Positions 51,349-61,316 of a stretch of DNA of 64,000 nucleotides are shown one piece after another. Location of the stretch: assembly GCA_963719505.1 (NCBI GenBank), contig CAVRCF010000004.1, positions 160,001 to 224,000 on the forward strand, read 5' to 3'. Source of the stretch: Halobacteriovoraceae bacterium (GTDB lineage Bacteria > Bdellovibrionota > Bacteriovoracia > Bacteriovoracales > Bacteriovoracaceae). The notes beneath the pieces were generated by a model, which saw nothing but the letters and a program-made list of their open reading frames with translations, searched no databases and had not been told where the DNA came from. The translations under genes were made by a program, and so were the position numbers. Every line of letters begins with the position of its first letter. Positions within the stretch are counted from its first letter, which is position 1.

Positions 51349-53190
51349 ATGACAACGAAACCTAATTCTCAGCTGCCGCCGATCACTGATTGGCTACCTA
51401 TTACGATGAAAGACGCCCAAAAACGTGGGTGGGATGAGCTCGATGTTATTTTAGTAACAGGGGATGCTTACGTTGATCATCCAGCTTTTGGTGCCGCAGT
51501 GATCGGAAGAATTGTAGAGTCTTATGGCTTTAGAATAGCCATTATCCCTCAGCCAAATTGGCAAGATGATCTAAGGGATTTTAAAAAATTTGGTAAGCCT
51601 AAATATTTTTTTGGCGTTACGGCCGGAAATATGGACTCGATGGTTAATAAGTACACTGCCGGAAAGAGAAAGCGATCAAGTGATGCTTACACCCCAGGTG
51701 GAGATACAAACTTTAGACCAGATAATGCTTCAATTGTTTATACAAAAATTCTAAAAGAACTCTACCCTGATGTTCCCGTTTTAGTTGGGGGTGTAGAGGC
51801 AAGCCTTAGGCGAGTGACCCACTTTGATTACTGGGCGGATGAACTTAGACCAAATGTCTTGAGTCAATCAGGTGCCGACTTACTTGTTTATGGAATGGGA
51901 GAGCAACCACTTCGCGATCTTCTGAATCTTCTAAAAAAAGGTGTTCCTTTCGAATCTTTAAAAACAATACCTCAGACCGGTTTTCTTATGGACGCTGATG
52001 AAGATCTTCCTAAGAATAAGAATTGGAAATCTTTTGGGCTCAATTCCCACGAAGATTGCCTGCAGAGTAAAAAGAAATATGCCTTAAACTTTAGGTTTGT
52101 TGAAACTGAATCAAACAAACAAAATGCAAGGCGCCTCTATCAAAAAATTGGGGACAAGAAGCTTGTTATTAATCCTCCGTATAAAGTTATGTCAGAGAAG
52201 GAAGTGGATAAATCTTTTGATCTTCCCTACACAAGACTTCCTCATCCTAAATATAAGAACCGTGGAGCGATATCTGCTTTTGAGATGATAAAATTTTCTG
52301 TTAATATGCACAGAGGTTGTTTCGGTGGATGTAGTTTTTGTACGATATCGGCCCATCAAGGTAAACTTGTCGCCAGCCGCTCCAAAGAATCAATCATGAA
52401 AGAGGTTGATCAAATTACAAAAATGCACGACTTCAAAGGGTATTTAAGTGATCTAGGTGGTCCTTCGGCCAATATGTATCAGATGAAAGGTATCGATCAA
52501 AAGATGTGTGATAATTGCTCATTACCTTCTTGTATCTTTCCTACAATTTGTACCAATCTCGATACAGATCCCTCTAAAATGCTAGAGATCTACAGAGAGG
52601 TAAATGCCAAGCCAGAGATAAAGAAAGCCTTTGTCGGTTCAGGTCTTAGATACGACCTTATGCTCGATGAAAATTCAACTCATAAGAAAACTGATGCCGA
52701 ATATGTTGAACAGCTTATTACCCATCACGTATCGGGACGATTAAAAGTTGCACCTGAACACACCGAAGATAGAGTTCTCAATATGATGAGGAAACCATCT
52801 TTTGATATGTTCACGAAGTTTAAAGAGAGATTTGATGAAATATGTGAGAAGAAAAGTTTAAAGCAAGAACTTATTCCTTATTTTATTTCTTCTCATCCAG
52901 CTTGTGAGCCCGAAGATATGGCCAATCTCGCAGCTAAAACTAAAGCCTTGGGTTATAAGCTTGAGCAAATTCAAGACTTCACTCCAACACCGATGACCCT
53001 TGCGACAGTGATTTATTATTCTGGTTATAACCCTTACAATATGCAAAAAGTAAAAACGGCAATTAACTACGATGATAAATTAAAGCAACGAAAATTTTTC
53101 TTTTGGTATAAAGAAGAAAATAAAAACTTTATTAAGAATCACCTAGGAAAATTAAAGCGCTTTGATTTAACGAAAGATCTTTTTGGATGA
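51349..53190 (+). CDS. ygiQ: YgiQ family radical SAM protein
   Basis: GDAYVDHP.FG, RGCFGGCSFC, LKVAPEH, FTPTPMT. Confidence 0.93.
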   Translation: MTTKPNSQLPPITDWLPITMKDAQKRGWDELDVILVTGDAYVDHPAFGAAVIGRIVESYGFRIAIIPQPNWQDDLRDFKKFGKPKYFFGVTAGNMDSMVNKYTAGKRKRSSDAYTPGGDTNFRPDNASIVYTKILKELYPDVPVLVGGVEASLRRVTHFDYWADELRPNVLSQSGADLLVYGMGEQPLRDLLNLLKKGVPFESLKTIPQTGFLMDADEDLPKNKNWKSFGLNSHEDCLQSKKKYALNFRFVETESNKQNARRLYQKIGDKKLVINPPYKVMSEKEVDKSFDLPYTRLPHPKYKNRGAISAFEMIKFSVNMHRGCFGGCSFCTISAHQGKLVASRSKESIMKEVDQITKMHDFKGYLSDLGGPSANMYQMKGIDQKMCDNCSLPSCIFPTICTNLDTDPSKMLEIYREVNAKPEIKKAFVGSGLRYDLMLDENSTHKKTDAEYVEQLITHHVSGRLKVAPEHTEDRVLNMMRKPSFDMFTKFKERFDEICEKKSLKQELIPYFISSHPACEPEDMANLAAKTKALGYKLEQIQDFTPTPMTLATVIYYSGYNPYNMQKVKTAINYDDKLKQRKFFFWYKEENKNFIKNHLGKLKRFDLTKDLFG

Positions 53191-54338
53191 AAGAGATTGT
53201 CGTTGTCGGTGGCGGAGTCGCAGGTCTCTTTCTTTCCTTGTTTCTCTTAAAAAAAAATATCAAAGTTCATTTGATTGAGAAAACGAGCTCACTTGGAAAG
53301 AAGTTTTTAGTTGCTGGAAAATCAGACCTTAATATTACAAATGATGAAGGTCTTGAATCATTTATAAATCGCTACTGTCCAGCTCAAGAAGAGACGATTC
53401 GCTCTTTTTCAAAAGATGATTTAACTCTCTTTCTCAAAGAAGAAATTGGCGTTGAGACTTTTGTTGGAACATCAGGGCGAGTCTTTCCAAAAGATATAAA
53501 AGCATCAAAAATTTTAAACCTCATCATTAAGAAATTAAAAGATCATCCAAACTTTAAGCTTTCATTAAAGACAAGCCTTGTGCGTTTCGATGATCATTCT
53601 ATTGAAACATCAAATGGTATGCTCTCAGATTTTGATGCTGCTGTTTTTTGTCTTGGAGGTGCTTCTTGGAAAGTGACCGGAAGCGATGGCCAGTGGAGAA
53701 AGACCTTCGAAGAGGCCGGAGTTAAAACGACTGAGTTTCAGCCCTCTAATTGCTCTATTGAGTTGGAGCTTTCGGACTTCTTTAAAAATAAAGTCAGCCA
53801 TCATCATATTAAAAATGTCTCACTGTCATGTGAAAACCATAAAGTTCAAGGAGACATAGTCTTTAACGGTAGTCATCTTGAGGGAACGCCGATTTATACC
53901 ATGTCCCGATTTTTTCGAAATAATAAAGAGGTTTATTTTAACTTTAAGCCTGACATGGAGATGAAAAAACTTAAAAACATAATAGAAAAAAGAGATCCTA
54001 AAAAGTCTATCGCAAGTTTTTTAAAGTCCTCTCTAAAACTAGATCCACTTCTGTACACTTTTTGGAGAGAGTTCCATGATCCAAAGACTATAAATAGTGA
54101 TCTTTTAAACCTTATAACTCATTCAACAATTCCAAAGTTTAAACTTGGTAAGTTAGATGAGGCCATCTCAACAGTTGGCGGGGTAGAGATGGGGGAAGTT
54201 GACGATCATTATAAACTAAAAGCATTTACAAGATATTACGCGATAGGTGAAATGCTAGATTGGGACACAATTACAGGTGGTTACCTAATCCAAGGGTGTA
54301 TTTCACAAGCTCATATTGTTTCTAGGGACCTTTCTTAA
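53187..54338 (+). CDS. HI0933/YhiN-family NAD(P)/FAD-dependent oxidoreductase
   Basis: GGGVAG, GKKFLVAG, GRVFP, GEMLDWD..TGGY. Confidence 0.9.
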   Translation: MKEIVVVGGGVAGLFLSLFLLKKNIKVHLIEKTSSLGKKFLVAGKSDLNITNDEGLESFINRYCPAQEETIRSFSKDDLTLFLKEEIGVETFVGTSGRVFPKDIKASKILNLIIKKLKDHPNFKLSLKTSLVRFDDHSIETSNGMLSDFDAAVFCLGGASWKVTGSDGQWRKTFEEAGVKTTEFQPSNCSIELELSDFFKNKVSHHHIKNVSLSCENHKVQGDIVFNGSHLEGTPIYTMSRFFRNNKEVYFNFKPDMEMKKLKNIIEKRDPKKSIASFLKSSLKLDPLLYTFWREFHDPKTINSDLLNLITHSTIPKFKLGKLDEAISTVGGVEMGEVDDHYKLKAFTRYYAIGEMLDWDTITGGYLIQGCISQAHIVSRDLS

Positions 54339-54525
54339 GTGAACTTAATACCCGTTCCAAAATTTAGTTTTATTCTGAAACACTTTGATCACTCAGGGGC
54401 TTGAGTAAAATTAAGCTTGAGGCTATAAAGCATCCCATAGGGAATTCCTTTAGGGGTAAGGGAATAAAAAAGAGAAGTCCATCGTTAGCACTCCCAAGAA
54501 TTTGAGACTGTTATGGACCTAAAAT

Positions 54526-54561
54526 AAAAAAGCCACTCGTTTTACCGAGTGGCTTTTTTTT
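54526..54561. terminator. Bidirectional intrinsic terminator
   Basis: AAAAAAGCCACTCG-N6-CGAGTGGCTTTTTT. Confidence 0.88.
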
Positions 54562-54581
54562 ATCTTAAAAGCTCTTTCTTA

Positions 54582-55445
54582 TTAGTTTTTTGGAGCGTAC
54601 CAACAAAGTGATCTAACACCTTCAACGTCACCGTCTTTTCTGTTACAAGTTCCTTTGTTTGGATCTTTGTTATCCACGTCTTCATTCATGTCTTTGTCAC
54701 AAAGTGCAGCAGCAAAGTAAGTATCTAATCTACACTGTGCATGTGGGTGAGCACTATTTGTTCTCGATACTGTTGAAGTATCAGGCTTTGCAAAATCAGT
54801 AAGACCTGTGTTTCTTAAACTTCCAAGAAGATCAGCAGTTGACTTAGCGGCCATATTTGATCTGATACAAAGAGCAGCGTCTGCTTCGTTTGCAAAGACT
54901 TCGTTACATCTTTCAGTAACGATAGCTGGAACAGTGAGAGTCTTAATGAAAGCTACGTTATCTTCAGATCCATATACTTTTCTAAAACACTTTAAGTTTG
55001 CAAAATAATCTGACTGACCTTCATTAGATGCCCATCTATTAAAGAATCCACCAACTTTTGGAGCTCCACCTAGGTGATGTCCCATTTCGTGACACATAAC
55101 AATAGCAAATCCGTCTTTTGTTATAAGATCATGTCTTGCAAGACCACCATACATATTAACGATTACTTTTGATCCACTTCTCTGAGCAGATGCGTTAACT
55201 GTTCCGCTATCCCATTTTCTATTTACTTGAAATCTGTCACCGTTTGCTTTAATGATTGGCTCGTATACTGCGCTAATTTCATCAATAACCTGATTAAATA
55301 CTGTTTCGTCTATTCCATTAATACTTTTCTGTGAGGTTGGAATATTCATATCATTTTCTGGAGCAAATCCACCAGAACCATCAATATTACAAGCTAAAGA
55401 AGAAAAAGAGTACGCGAGTACTAATCCTAAAATCCATTTTTTCAT
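54582..55445 (-). CDS. Secreted zinc metalloprotease (HExxH, M48-like)
   Basis: Signal peptide from ATG 55445 (AAGGA RBS); VNASA, CHEMGH, EGQSD. Confidence 0.78.
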   Translation of the reverse strand: MKKWILGLVLAYSFSSLACNIDGSGGFAPENDMNIPTSQKSINGIDETVFNQVIDEISAVYEPIIKANGDRFQVNRKWDSGTVNASAQRSGSKVIVNMYGGLARHDLITKDGFAIVMCHEMGHHLGGAPKVGGFFNRWASNEGQSDYFANLKCFRKVYGSEDNVAFIKTLTVPAIVTERCNEVFANEADAALCIRSNMAAKSTADLLGSLRNTGLTDFAKPDTSTVSRTNSAHPHAQCRLDTYFAAALCDKDMNEDVDNKDPNKGTCNRKDGDVEGVRSLCWYAPKN

Positions 55446-55540
55446 TAAACAATCCTTTGTTTTTCGATTAGTGTTATAGAAAAATGCTAGCAACATATTT
55501 ACAGCTTGAGAATAGATGTAAGAATCTTTTGGAAAAATAA

Positions 55541-55852
55541 ATGAATGAGATATCAGTTGAACAATTAGAAAAAGAATTAAAAAAAGAAAATACCTATCTA
55601 TTAGATGTCCGAAACCCCGATGAATACGCCTATTGCAATATTGGTGGCATAAATATTCCCCTTGGCATATTAGAGGATCATTATAGTCAGATACCTTCGG
55701 GGGCAAGGATCCTTTGCCTGTGCCATCATGGAGTTCGCTCTAAAGTCGCGCAAGACTTTTTGTTTTCCCTTGGGTATAATGATGTTTTAAATATTACCGG
55801 CGGCATCGACGCTTGGAGTATGAGAGTAGATAGTACAGTGAAACGTTATTAA
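55541..55852 (+). CDS. Rhodanese-domain protein
   Basis: LLDVR..EY, CHHGVRS, GGIDAW. Confidence 0.92.
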   Translation: MNEISVEQLEKELKKENTYLLDVRNPDEYAYCNIGGINIPLGILEDHYSQIPSGARILCLCHHGVRSKVAQDFLFSLGYNDVLNITGGIDAWSMRVDSTVKRY

Positions 55853-55861
55853 GGGTTTATT

Positions 55862-56083
55862 ATGGCTAGGTGTAAATATTGTAGTAAAGAGATTGTTTGG
55901 ATGCAGGAGGGGAGAAAGAAGGTTCCTGTTGAAGTGGATGGAGTTAAGCACGAATGTGATGAATTTAAGAATTCAGTGAAGTCCGCAAGAAAAGTTGAAA
56001 TTCATGATGTCGATCCAGATATACTGGCACAGTACCAGGCTAATCTCAAAGCAAGTATCGCAAAAAAGAAATCTAAAAAGTGA
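55862..56083 (+). CDS. Small putative zinc-binding protein
   Basis: CKYC...HEC. Confidence 0.6.
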   Translation: MARCKYCSKEIVWMQEGRKKVPVEVDGVKHECDEFKNSVKSARKVEIHDVDPDILAQYQANLKASIAKKKSKK

Positions 56084-56529
56084 ATATTATAAAAGTAGAG
56101 TCGCAAGAATATGTCGAGTTTATTGCGAGCTCTCAAGTCTCTATGGCCAAAGAAACTGAAGACTATGCTCTCGATTTTGAGACCGTTAAGTTGGGTGTTC
56201 AAGCAGTGATAAAAGACCCTCGAAAGGGTTGTTATTATATCTCTTTGATCGATGGAGTTCCGGTTGCTTGCCTTTTGACCGTGACCGAGTGGAGTGACTG
56301 GAGAAATAAGACCGTTTTGTGGATTCATTCCGTCTATGTCGATCAAGCACACAGAAATAAATCAATTTATAAAAGGATGTATGCTTTTATCAAAGAGATT
56401 GTGGAGTCCACAGATGATCTTGCAGGAATTAGGCTTTATGTAGATAAAAGCAATTCTAATGCTTCAAAAGTGTACAAAAAGCTAGGTATGGAATCTGAGC
56501 ATTATCACCTGTTTGAATGGCTAAAGTGA
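56080..56529 (+). CDS. GNAT acetyltransferase
   Basis: EWSDWRN, SVYV...R, RLYVD..N..A..VY..LGM. Confidence 0.9.
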   Translation: MNIIKVESQEYVEFIASSQVSMAKETEDYALDFETVKLGVQAVIKDPRKGCYYISLIDGVPVACLLTVTEWSDWRNKTVLWIHSVYVDQAHRNKSIYKRMYAFIKEIVESTDDLAGIRLYVDKSNSNASKVYKKLGMESEHYHLFEWLK

Positions 56530-56629
56530 GCCCTTTAAGTCCAGATAAGCGGTAAATTTTTTAGAGTGCGTTGTGCTACGCGAAGTTTTGTGATTAATCC
56601 AGAGGATACAAACTTTAAGGAGCCCCAAA

Positions 56630-57304
56630 ATGAAGACAAAACTGTAATCAACACTATTTCTCGCTTGGACTTTCATCTTTCAAAACGTCGCTTTTGCTAT
56701 GAAGCCAATTGAGGTAAGTTCTCAATCTGATTTGAACAAATTAAAATCACAGAAAATCATCGATAAAATTTCTAAAAACTACAACGAGTTGTCCGTTTCT
56801 AAAAAGTTAAGACTTTTGAAAAGAACTGAAAGACGTCTGTCTAAAGGTGTACGTAAGCTTGATAGAATGAGTGAGACAAAATTTCAAAAGAAGTTTCATT
56901 CAATGCTTGAGAACAAAAAAGCGACTAACAAGGTTACTGAACTCGACAGCGAAGAGTGTGCAATCCTAAAAGGAATTGACACTAATACTAATATGGGAAA
57001 TGTCTCTGCAGATAAATTTCTCTTTACTCAAAAAATTGAGGAGTCAATCTTTTCAATCAGAGAAGAGATGGACACTTTAAAGAAAGGTGAAAAGAAACTA
57101 ACAGTAACTAGTGCTGTGATTTACGGTCTTATTGCTGGTCTTGTTGTTCTTTCCTTCTTCTCTTCAACAGCTTTAGTCATACTAGGTATTGTTCTTATTG
57201 CTTTTGTTGCTTTATTCTCATTAGTTTTGTTAGTGGGATTAGCGTTTGCGGAAGTTCTGGGAAATATTGTTGGGCAGATGAAAATGGATGAGCAGTTAAA
57301 CTAA
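56630..57304 (+). CDS. Hypothetical exported protein with C-terminal TM segments; signal peptide interrupted by in-frame TAA at 56645-56647
   Basis: AAGGAG RBS then MKTKL*STLFLAWTFIFQNVAFA in frame with ORF 56699..57304. Confidence 0.65.
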
Positions 57305-57330
57305 AAATAAATTATCTTTTACTCTTTAAA

Positions 57331-57360
57331 AAAAAGGCTTCCTCAATGGAAGCCTTTTTT
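57331..57360. terminator. Bidirectional intrinsic terminator
   Basis: AAAAAGGCTTCC-N5-GGAAGCCTTTTT. Confidence 0.85.
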
Positions 57361-57622
57361 ATTTTGTTAGATTTAAAAACTCATATCGATCTATTTCAAG
57401 GTCACCATTTCGGTCGATCTTATTAAAAGCTCTAATCATTGCAACCTTTGTGGCGATGTTTAATTCACTTTTAGGTGTCAACTTTGTCGCAGACGCCACG
57501 AACTCGTTAATTCCCATATCCTTGGTCGCCACTTTAGAGTAGTCATGTTTTTCAGACGCTGATGCCTGACTGATATGGACGATCGCTAAACCTAAAATTA
57601 AAAATTGAATAACCTTTGCCAT
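57359..57622 (-). CDS. Small secreted EF-hand protein
   Basis: GAGG RBS, signal peptide, loop DRNGDLEIDRYE. Confidence 0.75.
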   Translation of the reverse strand: MAKVIQFLILGLAIVHISQASASEKHDYSKVATKDMGINEFVASATKLTPKSELNIATKVAMIRAFNKIDRNGDLEIDRYEFLNLTK

Positions 57623-57676
57623 ATTAACCTCTTTTTTTTCCCCGCATAAATTTTGGTTCGGGGATATGTATAGAGT

Positions 57677-57693
57677 AGCAAGCTTGATGCCAA
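57677..57693 (-). promoter_or_regulatory. Sigma54 promoter
   Basis: TTGGCATCAAGCTTGCT (GG-N10-GC). Confidence 0.7.
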
Positions 57694-57775
57694 CATATAG
57701 GGCCCAAATTAAGCTCCTGCGGTGGCAAAATAACACTTTTGGTGCCAGGTATAGGCACAAAGACTCCAGTTGAGT

Positions 57776-60061
57776 CTATTTGATAGGATTTTTATGCTCT
57801 TTTTTATCGGCCAATGCCAAAAGAGCAGGAAGGAAAAGAAGGTCAGTTAAGAGGGCAAATGTGAGGACCAGGGCACAAAGTATACCAAAGTATCTATTAG
57901 GTAAAAAATCGGCCATAACAAAGCTTCCAAAGCCCACCACAAGCAGTGCCGTCGTAAGTATAAGAGCTTTCCCCGTAGATTGAAATGTCTGATCGAGAGC
58001 TTCGGCCGTGGAGCCAAGTGTCTTTTTGTTCTGCACATAATGAGTGACAAAGTGGATGGTATCATCGACGGCGATGCCAAGACAGATGGCTGCGACGATG
58101 CTCGTACCAATATCAATATAGATATTATTTAAGGCCATATAAGCTGCCCCAAAGAAAAGGGGGATAATATTTGGAAGCATGGATAAAAAAGAGAGATAAA
58201 AATCTTTAAAGACTATGAGGATAATAAGACTTACCAAGACGATGGCCATTGTCATAGATCTAAAAAAGGAATCGACGACCTTATCATTGACCTGAGCGTA
58301 GATGGGAAAAAAACCACCAGTCTTTGTTTCTAGTCCATAGCTTTGGGCCAATTGATGAATTTCTTTATCCTTAATAAGGCCTTCTCTGGTCGTTTCCATG
58401 GTCCAGTTTATCTTCATTTTTAGATACCGTTGATCTAATGAGACGATGTTTTCTAAGCCTTGGTTGGGGGGAAGTCCCATTGAATAAAGCACCAAAGCTT
58501 CTGCAACTTTTTCTTTTGAGTCAGGCAATGAGTTAAACTTCGATTCACCTCGATTAAGCTTTAAGTTGATTTGTTTTAAGGTATCGATAATGGATGTAAC
58601 CTGCTTGATCTCATCATCTGCTTTAAGCTTGTTGGTAAAGGCTTCAACATTTTTTAAAAAATCTGTATCCTTAATACCATTTTCTTTGCCTGAGTCTATT
58701 TCAATTTCGATGCCTCGAACTCCAGGAAAGAATTTTTTTACAAAAAGGTAGTCTTTCTTTATCTTCGTATTTTTTTCAAAGTAAGCTAAGGGGTCAGAGT
58801 TGACTTCATTATCTAGTGCCGTAATAAAACTTCCTATAGAGACAAATGTAAAAGCGATAACGATGGGGATTTTAAACCGCCATATAAAATTCGAAAAAGT
58901 ACTTGTTGCAGCCCCTTTACTTTTTGTAGAGTACTTTCTTTCGATGAGTTTATTAGGGGCGAGTAAAATAATGCCCGGGAGAGTGAGAAAGGTGAAGAGC
59001 CAAGCCAGAAAAGTACCAATTGCTGAGAGGATTCCTAAGTCGTGGATGGGCGTTAATTCCGTAAAGGAGATCGTAAAAAAAGATATCCCTGTCGTTATAG
59101 AGGTCAAAATAGTCGCAAGGTAATTTTTATTCATTGCAATCTCTATTGCTTTTTTCTTTTCAATACCCTGTTCGAATTGATTGTAAAAAGAAGAGAGTAT
59201 ATGAATAGTGTCAGCGAGGCAGATTGCGATCAAGATACCTGGGATAGCTGCTAAGATTGAATTGAACTGAAAGCCGATATGCCCTAAAACACCAAAGGTG
59301 GAGACAATTGTTAATCCTGAAATAAATAAAGGAGCCATCACCCCTATAAAAGAGCGAAAGGTTAAAATGAGGATAATAAAAATGAGAAGAAACATGATGG
59401 GAATAGTTCGAAAATTGTCCGTCTTAGATATTTCTCTAAAAGCATATGTTACAGGCACATTTCCAAGAGCTGTAAATCTATTATCTTCATTTTCGTATTT
59501 ACTCTTTAATTTTTGAAAGGCTTCCATAACTGTGGAGTAGTCTGGTGATTTATCGAAAACTGGTTTTAGATTGGCAAAAAAGATGACAAAATTATAATCC
59601 CTGGAGATGAGATTATCTTTAAGTTCATCCAAACCTTTTATATCTTTAATTATGGTCTCAATATCTTTTGTGTCGTCCACAAGCGGAGAGATCTCTATAT
59701 CATCGCCAACAGTTTTAATATTATTAAAATTTGTAATTGAATCAACTCTAATGACCGAGGGTAAAAGCCAGATCTCATCAGTAATTTTTTTGAGTTCTTC
59801 CAAAACGATAGGGCTTAAGAGTTTTGTTTTTGAATAATATCCTATGGCTATATTTTGATCGCCGCCAAATCTTCTTTCAAATGAGTTGAGTGATTCAATC
59901 TGAGGAGAGTCAGGATCGAACCAAATTCTAGGAGTAAAATTACTTTTTATGCCCAAAGCACCATACGAGAGCGCCAAGAACGACATAAAGCCTATTAAGA
60001 GCGTTAACTTTGGCCTATTTATTATATTCGAGATAAAATAGATTTTGAAGCGATTGAACAT
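57776..60061 (-). CDS. MMPL/RND family transporter
   Basis: Two TM repeats with periplasmic domains; ADTIH and GIAVDDTIH. Confidence 0.9.
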   Translation of the reverse strand: MFNRFKIYFISNIINRPKLTLLIGFMSFLALSYGALGIKSNFTPRIWFDPDSPQIESLNSFERRFGGDQNIAIGYYSKTKLLSPIVLEELKKITDEIWLLPSVIRVDSITNFNNIKTVGDDIEISPLVDDTKDIETIIKDIKGLDELKDNLISRDYNFVIFFANLKPVFDKSPDYSTVMEAFQKLKSKYENEDNRFTALGNVPVTYAFREISKTDNFRTIPIMFLLIFIILILTFRSFIGVMAPLFISGLTIVSTFGVLGHIGFQFNSILAAIPGILIAICLADTIHILSSFYNQFEQGIEKKKAIEIAMNKNYLATILTSITTGISFFTISFTELTPIHDLGILSAIGTFLAWLFTFLTLPGIILLAPNKLIERKYSTKSKGAATSTFSNFIWRFKIPIVIAFTFVSIGSFITALDNEVNSDPLAYFEKNTKIKKDYLFVKKFFPGVRGIEIEIDSGKENGIKDTDFLKNVEAFTNKLKADDEIKQVTSIIDTLKQINLKLNRGESKFNSLPDSKEKVAEALVLYSMGLPPNQGLENIVSLDQRYLKMKINWTMETTREGLIKDKEIHQLAQSYGLETKTGGFFPIYAQVNDKVVDSFFRSMTMAIVLVSLIILIVFKDFYLSFLSMLPNIIPLFFGAAYMALNNIYIDIGTSIVAAICLGIAVDDTIHFVTHYVQNKKTLGSTAEALDQTFQSTGKALILTTALLVVGFGSFVMADFLPNRYFGILCALVLTFALLTDLLFLPALLALADKKEHKNPIK

Positions 60062-60075
60062 AGGTTATTTATAAT

Positions 60076-60462
60076 ATGGAAATAGATAAAAGAATATTAA
60101 AAGATTCCACTTTTCTCAAAGGTCTAGGGCTTTGTCAGCTTAGGCTGTATAAAGATGGTGATCTCGACTGGTTTTTGCTCGTGCCTCAAAGAGAAAATAT
60201 TGTTGATTGGACCGATTTGACGGCCAAAGAGCAACAAGTTCTGACAACAGAAATAAATTATGTTTGCACCCTTTTAAAAAAGTATTCTAAACCAGATAAA
60301 ATTAATATTGGCACCCTCGGTAATATGGTTCCTCAGATGCATGTTCACATCATCGCTCGGATGAAGAACGATCGAGCGTGGCCTGGACCTATTTGGGGAA
60401 CAAAGACATTAAAAAACTATCAACCCTTTATGGCAGAGATATGGTCGAGACGATTGAATTAA
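60076..60462 (+). CDS. HIT family protein
   Basis: KINIG.LGN.VPQMHVHIIAR..D.AWPGP. Confidence 0.9.
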   Translation: MEIDKRILKDSTFLKGLGLCQLRLYKDGDLDWFLLVPQRENIVDWTDLTAKEQQVLTTEINYVCTLLKKYSKPDKINIGTLGNMVPQMHVHIIARMKNDRAWPGPIWGTKTLKNYQPFMAEIWSRRLN

Positions 60463-60875
60463 AAAAAACTATTTGTCATAGAATTATTGAAAAACTTGAA
60501 GCGGACCTCGTGGGGATGAGTAATGCCCAAAAAGCTGCGACACAACAGGCGCAATCAGAAGACTTTAAATCTGAGAGTAAGTGGGACACAAGGGCCATTG
60601 AGGCTGGGTACCTGGCCGGTGCACAAATTAAAAGAGTCAAAGAACTCGAAATTGAGATCGCGACTTTAAGATCTTTAAAAAACTCAGTGCGACAACTTGA
60701 TGAGGTCAATATAGGGGCCTTAGTTGAAGCTAGTGGAAATATCTATTTTTTGACCTCCCAGTCTGGAGGCTTTAAAGTAGAAGTTAAAGGCAAGATATAC
60801 TCAGTCATAAGTATTAAATCGCCTATCGCAATCAAACTTATAGAAGAAGAGATTGAAATAACTAATATAAAATAG
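60441..60875 (+). CDS. GreA/GreB-like protein
   Basis: SKWDTRAIEAGYLA coiled-coil, GALV, ISIKSPIA; start uncertain. Confidence 0.7.
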   Translation: MVETIELKKTICHRIIEKLEADLVGMSNAQKAATQQAQSEDFKSESKWDTRAIEAGYLAGAQIKRVKELEIEIATLRSLKNSVRQLDEVNIGALVEASGNIYFLTSQSGGFKVEVKGKIYSVISIKSPIAIKLIEEEIEITNIK

Positions 60876-60892
60876 ATTAGGGAGAAATAACC

Positions 60893-61186
60893 ATGAGTGA
60901 AGACGTAGAATTTGATTTTTCCAATGAAATTCAAAAGGGAAGATGGGAGCTACTAGAGGATCATTACAAAAGAGAAACTGTTTTTATTGTAAAAGATCCC
61001 CTTGATCTGCAAACTGTAGGGCATTGCCTTGCTAAAGATCAAGTCAATATTCTCAAAATTTGGCTCGATAATAAAGAGGTTGTTAAGTTAGAAGAAGATT
61101 CTATTGCGCCCCTTGTTAAAAATCCAAAGGCAGAGCTATTCGATTTTTTGATCGTTCAACCTTTTATTTTAATAAAGTTTCATTAA
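60893..61186 (+). CDS. DUF2288-like protein
   Basis: W..L..H, LDL..VG..LA.D, IVQPFILI. Confidence 0.65.
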   Translation: MSEDVEFDFSNEIQKGRWELLEDHYKRETVFIVKDPLDLQTVGHCLAKDQVNILKIWLDNKEVVKLEEDSIAPLVKNPKAELFDFLIVQPFILIKFH

Positions 61187-61316
61187 CTTAGAGACTATAA
61201 GTCATTTTGGCTCCTTGCGATGCGACAAAATGTAAGTCTTCTAGACTTTACACACTAGCTCCTACGTCATAAATATACCTGATTAGAATACTCATTCAAA
61301 GCACTAGGAGGCTAGT

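Noticed and set aside
54339..54525. CIRCE half-site TTAGCACTC (54485) or 6S-like RNA in a convergent gap
   Set aside because: The second CIRCE arm is missing, no gene lies downstream, and I could not fold a long rod by eye.
5521..56647. TAA recoding as an explanation for the two in-frame stops
   Set aside because: Context implies different residues (Tyr versus Leu), and TAA terminates many normal genes in the window.
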